The translations under genes were made by a program, and so were the position numbers. The notes beneath the pieces were generated by a model. That model had not been told where the DNA came from. It was given only the letters and a program-made list of their open reading frames with translations, and searched no databases. 64,000 nt of DNA from an uncultured delta proteobacterium (GTDB lineage: Bacteria > Desulfobacterota > Desulfobacteria > Desulfobacterales > UBA2156): the NCBI GenBank assembly GCA_963736855.1, contig CAVTQK010000008.1, positions 32,001 to 96,000 of the forward strand, in the 5' to 3' direction. The stretch's first letter is position 1. Each line of letters begins with the position of its first letter. Below are positions 20,701 through 29,925 of this stretch, piece by piece.

Positions 20701-20729
20701 ATTATAACGTTATAACGTATAAACGTCAA
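20701..20729 (-). promoter_or_regulatory. Sigma70 promoter and operator of the TA operon
   Basis: TTGACG-N17-TATAAT, overlapped by the palindrome TTATAACGTTATAA (20702-20715). Confidence 0.75.
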
Positions 20730-20890
20730 GACGTTTTTTAGGAAGCGAACATATATTATCCAGACGCATCTATTTTTTTACTATCAGCAGGTGGTTTTCA
20801 TCTTTAACAACAAAATCAGTATGTTCCATTATCAGAAAGTGGGTTTTATGTCAAACTATCTTACTTGCATAAGAAAAAGGAGGTTCTTCA

Positions 20891-21040
20891 ATGGACTTTT
20901 TAGACGATGATTTCGAACTTGAGGGTTATGTCATCATCGTCGGCTTAATCGGTGCTGTCGAGGAAGAACTGGAGGAGGAACGAAAGAAAAAAAGGTCAGA
21001 GGATTACCCTCGGGATGATAATGAAAATGATGACAAATAG
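20891..21040 (+). CDS. 49-aa acidic microprotein (below ORF-track cutoff)
   Basis: AAGGAGG RBS; MDFLDDDFELEGYVIIVGLIGAVEEELEEERKKKR... Confidence 0.45.
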   Translation: MDFLDDDFELEGYVIIVGLIGAVEEELEEERKKKRSEDYPRDDNENDDK

Positions 21041-21146
21041 GAAGACTGATCTCAAAAAGGATATGATCGACCGTATCACTTCTTAATCAGAAGCGCAATT
21101 GGTTTTGGATATGAGGAAGCGGTTTTGAAAAAGAAGTGCAAAAAGC

Positions 21147-21293
21147 GGTGGTGTCCCTTTAACCGTTGATAAATACCAATAATTATTTAAATGTCAGCTT
21201 GCAAAATACATTGCATGAAATTTATCTTTCTTCTTGATAAACATATTATTTCAATAAGTTAAGACGGTTATCAACTATAGCAGGGACACTACC
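21147..21293. mobile_element. 147-bp MITE with IS1-like ends
   Basis: IRs GGTGGTGTCCCT-N6-GTTGATAA / GGTAGTGTCCCT-N6-GTTGATAA; flanks CAAAAAGC / CAAAAAGA (7/8 TSD). Confidence 0.65.
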
Positions 21294-21436
21294 CAAAAAG
21301 AGGAGACGCTTGAAATGAAAAACAAGACTTACCCAGGAAGGCCATCTGGTCCTATGTACATACTTAACTTCTTGACAAATTTATAAGAGACCGTTATCGA
21401 AAAAATAACCTCACAGCCCAAGCTGAAAGTTTTGTC

Positions 21437-21727
21437 ATGCCCAAGACGTTCACCAAAATGGACCTTGCCGGCGTCATCCAAAAACAAAACGCCCTTACCC
21501 TCCACAGATCTCAAGAACTTCTGGAAACCATCCTCGAAATCATTAAAGACGCTCTCGGAACAGGGGAGGAAGTGCTCATATCCGGATTTGGAAAGTTTCG
21601 TGTGAGACATAAATCCGAAAGGATGGGACGTAATCCTTCTACTGGCGATAAGATGCCTTTGGATCAAAGAAAGGTCGTCACATTCAAGTGCTCCGAGAAG
21701 CTCAAGGAAAAGATAAACCGAAGTTAA
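21437..21727 (+). CDS. ihfA: Integration host factor alpha-like protein
   Basis: TKMDL...VLISGFGKF...RMGRNPSTG...RKVVTFK. Confidence 0.85.
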   Translation: MPKTFTKMDLAGVIQKQNALTLHRSQELLETILEIIKDALGTGEEVLISGFGKFRVRHKSERMGRNPSTGDKMPLDQRKVVTFKCSEKLKEKINRS

Positions 21728-21862
21728 TTTTTTCTCCAACGGAAGTAACCGATCGAGAATTGGCGTTAACCCGCTCTATCTGCAACGTCTGAAAAGCCGT
21801 TGAATTTAAAAGGGAGTTTTATTCTCTAAAAAAGTGCAACCTGCACTCATTAGGTGACCATC

Positions 21863-23869
21863 ATGTCTGAAAAACCGTCCTATGAAGAATTGACAAAAAG
21901 AGTCCAAGAGTTAGAGCAGGCTGAACTCCAGCATAGACAAGTGGAGGAAAAACTGCGGGAGAGTGAGGAGTGGTTCCGCCAGGTGGTAGAGAATGTCCGC
22001 GAGGTTTTCTGGCTTCGAGACCGCCATAACGGCCGTATTCTCTATATCAGTCCGGCGTGTGAAACCATCTGGAATCGGACCGTTGAGGAGATGTATCGGA
22101 AAGGGCCGTCATTCATGGAGAACGTTTATCCCGAGGATGAGGAGCGGGTCTCTGTTTCCCGCAGAGCTTTGTATGAAGAAAATCAACCGTTCGATGAAGA
22201 GTATCGCATGATGCGGCCCGATTACTCGATTCGATGGGTGCGGATGCGGTGCTATCCGGTGTTTAACCAAAATGGAGAGGTGAACAGATACGCTTTCGTC
22301 GTGGAGGACATCACCGAGCGCAAGAAGGCGGAAGGGGCGCTTCAACAAAGCAAGAGAAGCTTCGAGGCGCTTGCTGAAAACGCGAATGACGGCATTATCG
22401 TTGCTGGGAACAATGGGGATTTTCTTTATGCCAACAGAAATGCCTCCGAGATAACGGGTTATAGCGTCGATGAGTTGTGCAAGATCGGTACAAAGGAGCT
22501 TGCCCATCCCAATGAGGTTCCAAGATTGATCGAGAATCTCAAAAGGAGACTTGAAGGCGAGGATGTCCCCAAACAGTATGAGACGGCAATTGTTCACAAA
22601 CAGGGGAAGGTGGTTCCGGTTGAAATCACGGCGGCAAAGACTTCATGGCATGGATACGCGGCAGATTTAATTGTCTTGCGGGACATTGCCGAGCGGAAGC
22701 GAGCGGAAGAGGAGCGAGAAAAATTACATGATCAGCTATTCCAGGCCCAGAAGATGGAGTCAGTGGGAAGACTGGCAGGCGGGGTGGCGCATGATTTCAA
22801 CAACATGCTGGGAGTCATTTTGGGTCGAGCCGAGATGATTCTCATTGGGATGCAACCCGAGGACCCCTTCTATGCAGATCTGAAGGAGATTCAAAAGGCG
22901 GGTAAGCGTTCGGCGGATCTGACGCGCCAGCTTCTGGCCTTTGCCCGGAAGCAGACCATTGCTCCCAAGGTGTTGAACCTCAACGACACCGTGGAAGGGA
23001 TGCTCAAGATGCTCCGACGGCTCATTGGCGAGGACATCAATTTGCTATGGAAACCGGATGCTCATTTATGGCCAGTGAAGATGGATGCCGCCCAGGTGGA
23101 CCAAATTTTGGCCAATCTTTGTGTGAATGCCAGGGGCGCCATTGCCGGAACAGGCAACATTGCCATTGAGACAGAGAATGTGGTTCTCGACGAGGCCTTT
23201 TGTGCTGCCCATGAGGGGTTCATCCCCGGAGAATATGTCATGTTGTCGGTCAGCGATGACGGGTGCGGCATGGATGAAGCCACCCAGGCCCAGATCTTCG
23301 AGCCCTTTTTTACAACCAAGGGAGTCGGTGAAGGCACCGGCTTGGGCTTGGCCACCGTTTACGGCATTGTCAAGCAGAACAACAGCTTTATCGATTTCCA
23401 TAGTGAGGTCGGAAAAGGAACCACTTTCAAGATTTATATTCCGCGGCATGAGGGGGCAACCGTCAAGGAGACAACTTCGGATTCAACCAAAACCCTCAAA
23501 GGTCACGGTGAAACGATCCTGTTGGTGGAAGATGACCCGTCGATATTGAATATGGGCAAAACCATGCTGGAACGATTGGGATATACTGTTTTAGCAGCAG
23601 AAGATTCGAGTCAAGTTCTGAATCTGGCCAAAGAGCACAAAGGTCAAATCCATCTGTTGATGACTGATGTGGTAATGCCGAAGATGAGCGGAAAAGACTT
23701 AGCCCAGCAGATAGGAACCCTGAATCCTGAAATCAAGGTTCTTTTCATGTCCGGCTACACCGCCAATGTTATTGCACACCAGGGGATCCTGGACGAGGAA
23801 GTGCCCTTCATACAGAAACCGTTTTCCATGAAGGATCTGGCCACCAAGGTGCGGGAAGCCCTGGAATGA
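21863..23869 (+). CDS. PAS-PAS hybrid sensor histidine kinase
   Basis: Two PAS, AHDFNN, HATPase, REC. Confidence 0.92.
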   Translation: MSEKPSYEELTKRVQELEQAELQHRQVEEKLRESEEWFRQVVENVREVFWLRDRHNGRILYISPACETIWNRTVEEMYRKGPSFMENVYPEDEERVSVSRRALYEENQPFDEEYRMMRPDYSIRWVRMRCYPVFNQNGEVNRYAFVVEDITERKKAEGALQQSKRSFEALAENANDGIIVAGNNGDFLYANRNASEITGYSVDELCKIGTKELAHPNEVPRLIENLKRRLEGEDVPKQYETAIVHKQGKVVPVEITAAKTSWHGYAADLIVLRDIAERKRAEEEREKLHDQLFQAQKMESVGRLAGGVAHDFNNMLGVILGRAEMILIGMQPEDPFYADLKEIQKAGKRSADLTRQLLAFARKQTIAPKVLNLNDTVEGMLKMLRRLIGEDINLLWKPDAHLWPVKMDAAQVDQILANLCVNARGAIAGTGNIAIETENVVLDEAFCAAHEGFIPGEYVMLSVSDDGCGMDEATQAQIFEPFFTTKGVGEGTGLGLATVYGIVKQNNSFIDFHSEVGKGTTFKIYIPRHEGATVKETTSDSTKTLKGHGETILLVEDDPSILNMGKTMLERLGYTVLAAEDSSQVLNLAKEHKGQIHLLMTDVVMPKMSGKDLAQQIGTLNPEIKVLFMSGYTANVIAHQGILDEEVPFIQKPFSMKDLATKVREALE

Positions 23870-24049
23870 CGACTAAACGAAAATCTTATCAACAAATGCC
23901 AGAAAGTCCCCTTATCCAGTCGGGCGTTATCTCCGCTATGCCCTTTTCCAATTGGTCATTCAGGCCGCTAACTGTGCTTCTATAAATGTCCCCAACTCTT
24001 TGGCAGAATCAGTAACCGACGGCAAAGCCAGAGATATGGTTTTAAGGAC

Positions 24050-24185
24050 CGCAGTACCAACCGTAGAAACGAAATGGCCACGGGCCCAGAAATGCATCCC
24101 CTGGAAATTCTGTTTCTTGCCTAAATAGGTGTGGGCTATGTGGATGGCGCTTTTCCCTTTGATGTACCCAACCAGCTGAGATACG
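24050..24185 (-). pseudogene. tnpA: IS200/IS605 TnpA (Y1) fragment
   Basis: VSQLVGYIKGKSAIHIA...HFWARGHFVSTVG; no start or C-terminus. Confidence 0.75.
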
Positions 24186-24469
24186 GCAAGGAAATTAGAC
24201 CAACTCTTAAGAAGTTGGGAATCAGCACACCCATTTCTATCAAGGATACGCGGGCTTCCTCTATCACAAATGCGTTGGACGAGAATGAACAGATGAGTTT
24301 TATTCAGAACCAAGTCGGGCATACCACGGCAAGGATGATTGTGGACCATTATTATCGCTATTCCCCCGCCCCGGATGATGGCTCTCACTTGGAAAAAGCA
24401 TGGAATTCTACCAGGATTCTACCAGAGTCGGATGAATCGGATTTTGAACTATCTGAAAAGATTGGATAA
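24186..24469 (+). pseudogene. Tyrosine integrase C-terminal remnant
   Basis: IKDTRAS...QVGHTTARMIVDHYY (box II R, GH, Y); stop lies in the att repeat. Confidence 0.72.
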
Positions 24470-24472
24470 TAA

Positions 24473-24826
24473 TGGTGGAGGCGGCGGGAGTCGAACCCGC
24501 GTCCGGAAACATTCCACGTCAACGTCTACATACATAGCCTGAACTTCGTGTTTCGCCTTTTCAGGTTTCTATCAGGCAAGATGGCTGAAAGGCTATCCTG
24601 AAAATGTTTCGCTAATCCCGTATCAGGAAAATGGGATCGGCTATCCTGCTGATCGACGCCCTATCCGGATTCGCAGGCCTCATCCGGGAGGACGCTGGCC
24701 GCTAGGCAGCCAGGGCGTAGTTATAATCGTCTGCGATTATATTTAGTTCCCGTCTTTTTAACGAGCCGACAGGCGCTCGGTATGCAGTCAACGTTTCTTT
24801 ATCCCCGTCGAAGCCGTTTCGCCCCC
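24473..24826 (-). ncRNA. ssrA: tmRNA; tag peptide (A)ADDYNYALAA* at 24734-24702
   Basis: 5' GGGGGCGAAACGGCTTCGACGGGG, 3' TTCGACTCCCGCCGCCTCCACCA, tag ending ALAA, adjacent smpB. Confidence 0.97.
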
Positions 24827-24874
24827 TTAAAGGAAGGCGCAGACGATATGACAAAGAACATTTTCTATGTCTGT

Positions 24875-24903
24875 AACATAATAAACTCAGAGGAAAATGT
24901 CAA
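24875..24903 (-). promoter_or_regulatory. Sigma70 promoter of ssrA
   Basis: TTGACA-N17-TATGTT. Confidence 0.65.
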
Positions 24904-24941
24904 GGGGGAATACATAAAAAAACGAGGGCATGAAATCCGTT

Positions 24942-25400
24942 TTAGTATCCCTTTTTGCTCCGTTCCAAGTCCCGCTGTTCATCCCGTCGCCGGATGGCTT
25001 CCCGTTTATCGTATTTCTTCTTTCCTTTGGCAAGCCCCAGGGTGAGCTTGGCCTTCCCTTCCTTGAAATAGAGCTTCAGAGGGATCAGGGAAAACCCTTT
25101 TTCGTTTAACTTCCCGTAGAGGCGCTTGATCTCCTGTTTCTGGAGCAACAGTTTCCGGGGCCGCAACGCCTCATGGTTATCATAATAGGCAAAGGGGTAT
25201 GGACCGATGTGCATCTGGTAAACAAACACTTCTCCTTTTTTGATCCTGGCATAGGCGTCCTTGAGGTTGGCGCGCCCCATCCTGAGGGATTTCACCTCGG
25301 TACCTAAAAGAACCAGGCCAGCCTCGTATTCATCTTCAATGAAATAATCGAATCGGGCCTTTTTATTCTCAGCCACTAATTTGACGTGCGACGGTTTCAA
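24942..25400 (-). CDS. smpB: SsrA-binding protein (start may be 25418)
   Basis: NKKARFDY, GTEVKSLR, RKLLL, GKKKYDKR. Confidence 0.97.
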   Translation of the reverse strand: MKPSHVKLVAENKKARFDYFIEDEYEAGLVLLGTEVKSLRMGRANLKDAYARIKKGEVFVYQMHIGPYPFAYYDNHEALRPRKLLLQKQEIKRLYGKLNEKGFSLIPLKLYFKEGKAKLTLGLAKGKKKYDKREAIRRRDEQRDLERSKKGY

Positions 25401-27223
25401 GCGCTTTTTCCTCTGCATTTTGCTTTACTCGGCAGGGTCTTGCTCTTGTCGGGGCCTTCCGCCAGGATCTCATTTTTCACAAGATCCCCATAGGCCTGAA
25501 GAACCCGGGAACGAACTCGTTCGGCGGTTGTTTCCTTTAAAAGCGCATTGACGAACGCCTGAGATTCCCTGAGATTGACCTGCCCGATCATATGCTTAAC
25601 CGCCGGAATGAACTGGGGGTTCATGCTGAACTCATCGATTCCTAGCCCTAAAAGCAAGGGGGCATGAAGGGGATCACCTGCCATTTCACCGCAGATGGCC
25701 ACCTTTTTCCCATCCGGTTTGGCCGAATCGGCGATTTGCTTGAGCATGCGGACGACGGCGGGATGTAACGGACGGAAAAGATGGGCCACCCTGGCATTCC
25801 CTCGGTCGATGGCAAAGGCATACTGAATCAGATCGTTGGTACCGATGGAAAAAAAATCCACCTCCTGAATCAAGACATCGGCCATAGTCACCGCCGCAGG
25901 AATTTCGATCAATAAACCGATCTCGATATTCCGTGCAAACGGCAATCCGTCTTTTTTAAGGGAATCCCCCGCCTGCTTCAGGATCTCTTTGGCGGCCAGC
26001 AATTCGTCTAAGCAGGATATCATCGGAAAGAGTATTTTTACATTCCCGATGTCTGCCACCCGGAGAATCGCTCTAAGCTGGGTTTTGAAAACTTCCGGAT
26101 ATTGCAAGCAAAATCGAATGGCCCGAAGGCCCAAGGCCGGATTTTTTTCAGCTTCAAACTGTCTGAAGGAAATCGTTTTTTCTCCGTTGATATCCAGAGT
26201 CCGGATGGTGGTGGGCCTGTCCCCCATCACTTCCACCACATCCTTATATTTCTCGTAAAGCTCCTCTTCGGTGGGAAAGTCGGACCGATTGAGGTATTGG
26301 AACTCCGTTCGGTATAGGCCGATTCCCTCTCCCCCATAATCCAGGACAGCCACCACCTCCTCGGTAAGTTCGATATTCCCCATCACGCGGACCGGATAGC
26401 CGTCGGTCGTTTTGGCTGATGCCTTGCTGTTCCGGATCAATTGAGCCTTCCGGGCTTCATACAGGTCTTTCTTCAACTTGTATTCGTGGAGGGTCTCTTG
26501 TCGTGGGTAGAGGATCACCTCCCCGGTGTACCCGTCTACGATCAAAGCATCTTCGTTTTTGATGATCTGGCTGGCCTTTTCCAAACCCAGGACCGATGGG
26601 ATCTGAAGCGACCGTGCGATGATGCTGGTGTGGGAAGCTTCCCCTCCGAAATCCGTGACGAACCCCTTGATGGATTCCAGTTGAATCTGGCTCGTTTCAG
26701 CCGGCGAAAGCTCCCGGGCAACCAGGATGACCCGCTTATCGATATTTGCCAGGTTCATCCCCTCCACTCCCACCAGGTTTCTCATGACCAATTGCCCGAC
26801 ATGAGCGATATCCGAGGCTCGTTCTCTGAGATACGGATCCTCCATCACTATAAAGACGGCCTGGGCATCGGAGACCACTTTCTTTAAAGCCCATTCTGCA
26901 TTGACATGCTCCTTTTCGATGACGGACAGGGTCTTCTCATAGAGCATCTTATCCTTCATCAAGAGGATATGAGTCTCCAGTATCTGGACATGTTGGCGAT
27001 AGTCTTTGGGTGAATTTTTGATGATGTCTTTTAGTTCTTCGATGGCATTTTGAACCGCATGCTTGAAACGGTTCATCTCTTTTTTAATATCTTTGGGATC
27101 GATGAAATAGCGCTCCACAACATCGACCCCCTCATGGTCCACCAGATACGCCCTGCCGATGCAAATTCCGGGAGATCCGGAAATGCCCTTGAGTCGAATT
27201 TCCTTTTTCTTGAATCCTGGCAT
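25397..27223 (-). CDS. ptsI: PTS enzyme I
   Basis: GGEASHTSI phospho-His, GLYRTE, SIGTNDL, ICGEMAG. Confidence 0.95.
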   Translation of the reverse strand: MPGFKKKEIRLKGISGSPGICIGRAYLVDHEGVDVVERYFIDPKDIKKEMNRFKHAVQNAIEELKDIIKNSPKDYRQHVQILETHILLMKDKMLYEKTLSVIEKEHVNAEWALKKVVSDAQAVFIVMEDPYLRERASDIAHVGQLVMRNLVGVEGMNLANIDKRVILVARELSPAETSQIQLESIKGFVTDFGGEASHTSIIARSLQIPSVLGLEKASQIIKNEDALIVDGYTGEVILYPRQETLHEYKLKKDLYEARKAQLIRNSKASAKTTDGYPVRVMGNIELTEEVVAVLDYGGEGIGLYRTEFQYLNRSDFPTEEELYEKYKDVVEVMGDRPTTIRTLDINGEKTISFRQFEAEKNPALGLRAIRFCLQYPEVFKTQLRAILRVADIGNVKILFPMISCLDELLAAKEILKQAGDSLKKDGLPFARNIEIGLLIEIPAAVTMADVLIQEVDFFSIGTNDLIQYAFAIDRGNARVAHLFRPLHPAVVRMLKQIADSAKPDGKKVAICGEMAGDPLHAPLLLGLGIDEFSMNPQFIPAVKHMIGQVNLRESQAFVNALLKETTAERVRSRVLQAYGDLVKNEILAEGPDKSKTLPSKAKCRGKSA

Positions 27224-27230
27224 CGAAATA

Positions 27231-27512
27231 TTATTCTCCGAATCCGTTTTGTATCAACGTCACCAGTCGGATCAACACGTCCTTGTCAGAGGGATTTTCA
27301 ATGGAAATGGTGACCACAGAGCCTTTCTGACACGCGAGGGACAAAACGTCCATCACGTCCTTGGCATTAACCCCTTCATTTCCTTTGCGGATCCACACGC
27401 CGAATCTCGCATGCCGGGCCACTCTGGCGATGGAAGCGGCAGATCGGGCATGAAGCCCCGATTCGTTGACGATGATTACATCTTCTGAGCAACTGCCGAC
27501 AGAATCCCGCAT
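27231..27512 (-). CDS. ptsH: HPr phosphocarrier protein
   Basis: GLHAR motif; operonic with ptsI. Confidence 0.9.
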   Translation of the reverse strand: MRDSVGSCSEDVIIVNESGLHARSAASIARVARHARFGVWIRKGNEGVNAKDVMDVLSLACQKGSVVTISIENPSDKDVLIRLVTLIQNGFGE

Positions 27513-27696
27513 GCTTTGGCCCTGGATAAAGTTTTATTAGTTAACAATTACCTTATCCTAAGTCAACTTGAAATTATTGACAAGATGCAAAAGACCTGCT
27601 AGTAATTTATAGGCTTCCATTAATGTACGTTGCTGAAAGGGCATCCAAATTCACCCCATCTTTTTGTTGAAAAAGTGTAAAGAAGGAGAACATATT

Positions 27697-27924
27697 ATGT
27701 CCGGTAAAGTCATTATTTTCGGAAAAGATACATGACCGTTCACCCAGGAAGCTCGTGAAGCTTATAGAATGCAAGGGAAAGAAGTGGATTACCTGCGGGT
27801 CCTGGCCGATCCCCAACAAATGGAAGCCATGTTGACCTACTCGGGCGGAACCCGACGAGTACCGGTCATCGTGGAGAACGAGAAAATCATCATCGGTTTT
27901 GAAGGAAAAACCTGAAAGGTGTGA
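27697..27924 (+). CDS. Glutaredoxin-like selenoprotein with two in-frame UGA (27733-35, 27913-15), U-x-x-stop type
   Basis: AAGGAG RBS; MSGKVIIFGKDT-U-PFT...RRVPVIV...IIGFEGKT-U-KV*; a hairpin follows each UGA. Confidence 0.85.
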
Positions 27925-27985
27925 CGGTTTCGGCCGGAGGCCGATATAACGATCAAACCCTGAGGGAGATGGATGAATGGCTATC

Positions 27986-28020
27986 CCCTCACCTGCCCTC
28001 TTCCCGATGGGGAGAGGGTT
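27986..28020. repeat. REP-like palindrome or terminator
   Basis: CCCTCACCTG-CCCTCTTCCC-GAT-GGGGAGAGGG. Confidence 0.5.
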
Positions 28021-28124
28021 TCTCTTTGCTCTTTTTAGAATTTTATGGAAGCAAGTGGGATGTAAAGGCTTGAACACGTCAAAATAAATTCAGGAATCCT
28101 TCGTGATGGAAAGGGGGCATCGGC

Positions 28125-28781
28125 ATGGCGGTAGAAAAGCAGTTTATTTTGGAGGGCTTGCGGCTCGGCGAATCGTGGCGCCTATTTAAGATCATCGGCG
28201 AATTTGTGGACGGTGTCGAAGCCTTGCATGACCTCGGGCCGGCCGTGTCTATTTTTGGATCCGCCCGAATAAAACCCAATAGCCCTCTCTACAAGAAGGC
28301 CGAGCAGATCGCAGAGCTTTTTGCGAAAAACCACTTTGCGATCCTCACCGGCGGCGGCGGCGGTGTGATGGAGGCGGCCAACAAGGGAGCGGCGAAGGCC
28401 GGAGGGCGGTCGGTGGGGCTGAATATCATTTTGCCCATGGAACAAAAGCCGAATCCATATTCCAATCTCAAACTGGAATTCAAATACTTTTTCGTCCGGA
28501 AGGTGATGTTCATAAAATACGCCAGCGCTTATATCATCATGCCCGGAGGCCTTGGAACCCTGGACGAGCTTTTTGAAGCGGCAACCTTGGTCCAGACCCA
28601 GCGCATCAAGCCCTTTCCAATCATTTTGGTGGGCTCGGATTACTGGAAAGGATTGAAAAACTGGATCCAATCCCATCTGCTGATAAATGGCATGATAGAA
28701 AAAGAGGATCTCGACATTTTTCTGATAATGGACGACCCGGAGGAAATCGTCAATACCGTTAAAAAGATCGTAATCCTGTAA
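28125..28781 (+). CDS. LOG family (TIGR00730-type) phosphoribohydrolase
   Basis: SIFGSAR, TGGGGGVMEAANKGA, PGGLGTLDE. Confidence 0.9.
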   Translation: MAVEKQFILEGLRLGESWRLFKIIGEFVDGVEALHDLGPAVSIFGSARIKPNSPLYKKAEQIAELFAKNHFAILTGGGGGVMEAANKGAAKAGGRSVGLNIILPMEQKPNPYSNLKLEFKYFFVRKVMFIKYASAYIIMPGGLGTLDELFEAATLVQTQRIKPFPIILVGSDYWKGLKNWIQSHLLINGMIEKEDLDIFLIMDDPEEIVNTVKKIVIL

Positions 28782-28891
28782 GGGAATTGCCGGAGTTCCG
28801 TTTCTGTGTTTTTATCCGCGGTTTTGGCCTTTTCATGCCCTGCAAAAAGCGTTTGACACAAGCTATATGTTAGCCATATGAATCATAAAAC

Positions 28892-28907
28892 AACTGACTG
28901 ATCAGTT
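28892..28907. promoter_or_regulatory. Putative TetR-type operator downstream of a TTGACA promoter
   Basis: AACTGA-CTGA-TCAGTT palindrome; TTGACA at ~28853. Confidence 0.5.
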
Positions 28908-29103
28908 TTACCGAACAAGATGCGGACATATGCTTTTATGAGCCTTATTTCTTGAAAAAATATCCGGATGCAATCGGCCGCTTTGTTGATTGTATTGACG
29001 ATGATCCCTTTCCGATATTAATATGACAATAGGTTTCCGACCTCTCGTCCGCCCCACTGAATCACGTGCGCCGGCAAGGCAAACTACAAGGGAGGAGGTT
29101 TTT

Positions 29104-29925
29104 TTGGCAGAATCAGCGGAACCCGACCATAATGAAGTCCTCTTGGAACTCCAGGGCCTCCGTATGTCTTTTGGAAAAGTCCATGCGCTGGAAGGTGTCA
29201 GTCTCAAAGTCAGGAGAGGAGAAATTCATTCCGTCATCGGGCCCAACGGCGCCGGAAAGACTGTGATGATGAACTGCATCAACGGTCTTTATCATCCCCA
29301 GGAAGGGAATATCCTCTTCAAGGGACAGAGCATCAACCGTCGCAGGCCATACCAAAGATCCCAGATGGGCATGGCCAGGACATTTCAGAAAGTAGAAGTC
29401 TTCGGCGGAATGACCGTCCTCGACAATATTCGACTGGGACGGCACAATCATTACCGCTCCGGTATCTTCAGCGGCTCCGTTTACATTGGAAAGACTGCCA
29501 AAGAGGAAAATCAGCACCGGGCCTTCATCGAGGAAGAAATCGTCGACTTTTTGGAAATACAACACATTCGCCACAAACCCGTGGGCATGCTCCCTTATGG
29601 TCTTCAGAAGCGAGTCGAACTCGGCCGGGCGTTGGCCCTGGGACCCGACCTTTTGATCCTTGACGAACCCTTGGCCGGCCTGAACCTGGAAGAAGTGGAG
29701 GATATGGCCCGATTCATCCTAGACATCAACGAAGAAAAACGGTGGAAAGTCACCTGCCTGCTCGTAGAGCACGACATGGGCGTCGTCATGGATCTTTCGG
29801 ACCGTGTATTCGTACTCAATTTCGGCAGAATGATCATGGACGGAACGCCTGCGGAGGTGCAGAACAATCCCGAGGTTATCAAGGCGTATCTTGGCGAAGA
29901 GGACCTGTATGCAACAAGACGGTAG
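29104..29925 (+). CDS. livG: ABC transporter ATP-binding protein (LivG-like)
   Basis: GPNGAGKT, LPYGLQKRVE, LDEP; TTG start after GGAGG. Confidence 0.88.
   Translation: MAESAEPDHNEVLLELQGLRMSFGKVHALEGVSLKVRRGEIHSVIGPNGAGKTVMMNCINGLYHPQEGNILFKGQSINRRRPYQRSQMGMARTFQKVEVFGGMTVLDNIRLGRHNHYRSGIFSGSVYIGKTAKEENQHRAFIEEEIVDFLEIQHIRHKPVGMLPYGLQKRVELGRALALGPDLLILDEPLAGLNLEEVEDMARFILDINEEKRWKVTCLLVEHDMGVVMDLSDRVFVLNFGRMIMDGTPAEVQNNPEVIKAYLGEEDLYATRR

Larger units (their letters stand above)
14793..24495. mobile_element. ~9.7 kb genomic island integrated at the ssrA 3' end (integrase decayed)
   Basis: att direct repeats, integrase C-terminal remnant next to ssrA, TA module, IHF gene, IS scars. Confidence 0.88.

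Noticed and set aside
23960..24469. ORFs 23960-24388 and 24131-24469 as intact genes
   Set aside because: Each is a chimera of a tnpA fragment and an integrase fragment read on opposite strands.
27607..28077. 156-aa minus-strand ORF
   Set aside because: Antisense to the RBS-supported selenoprotein gene; no family features.
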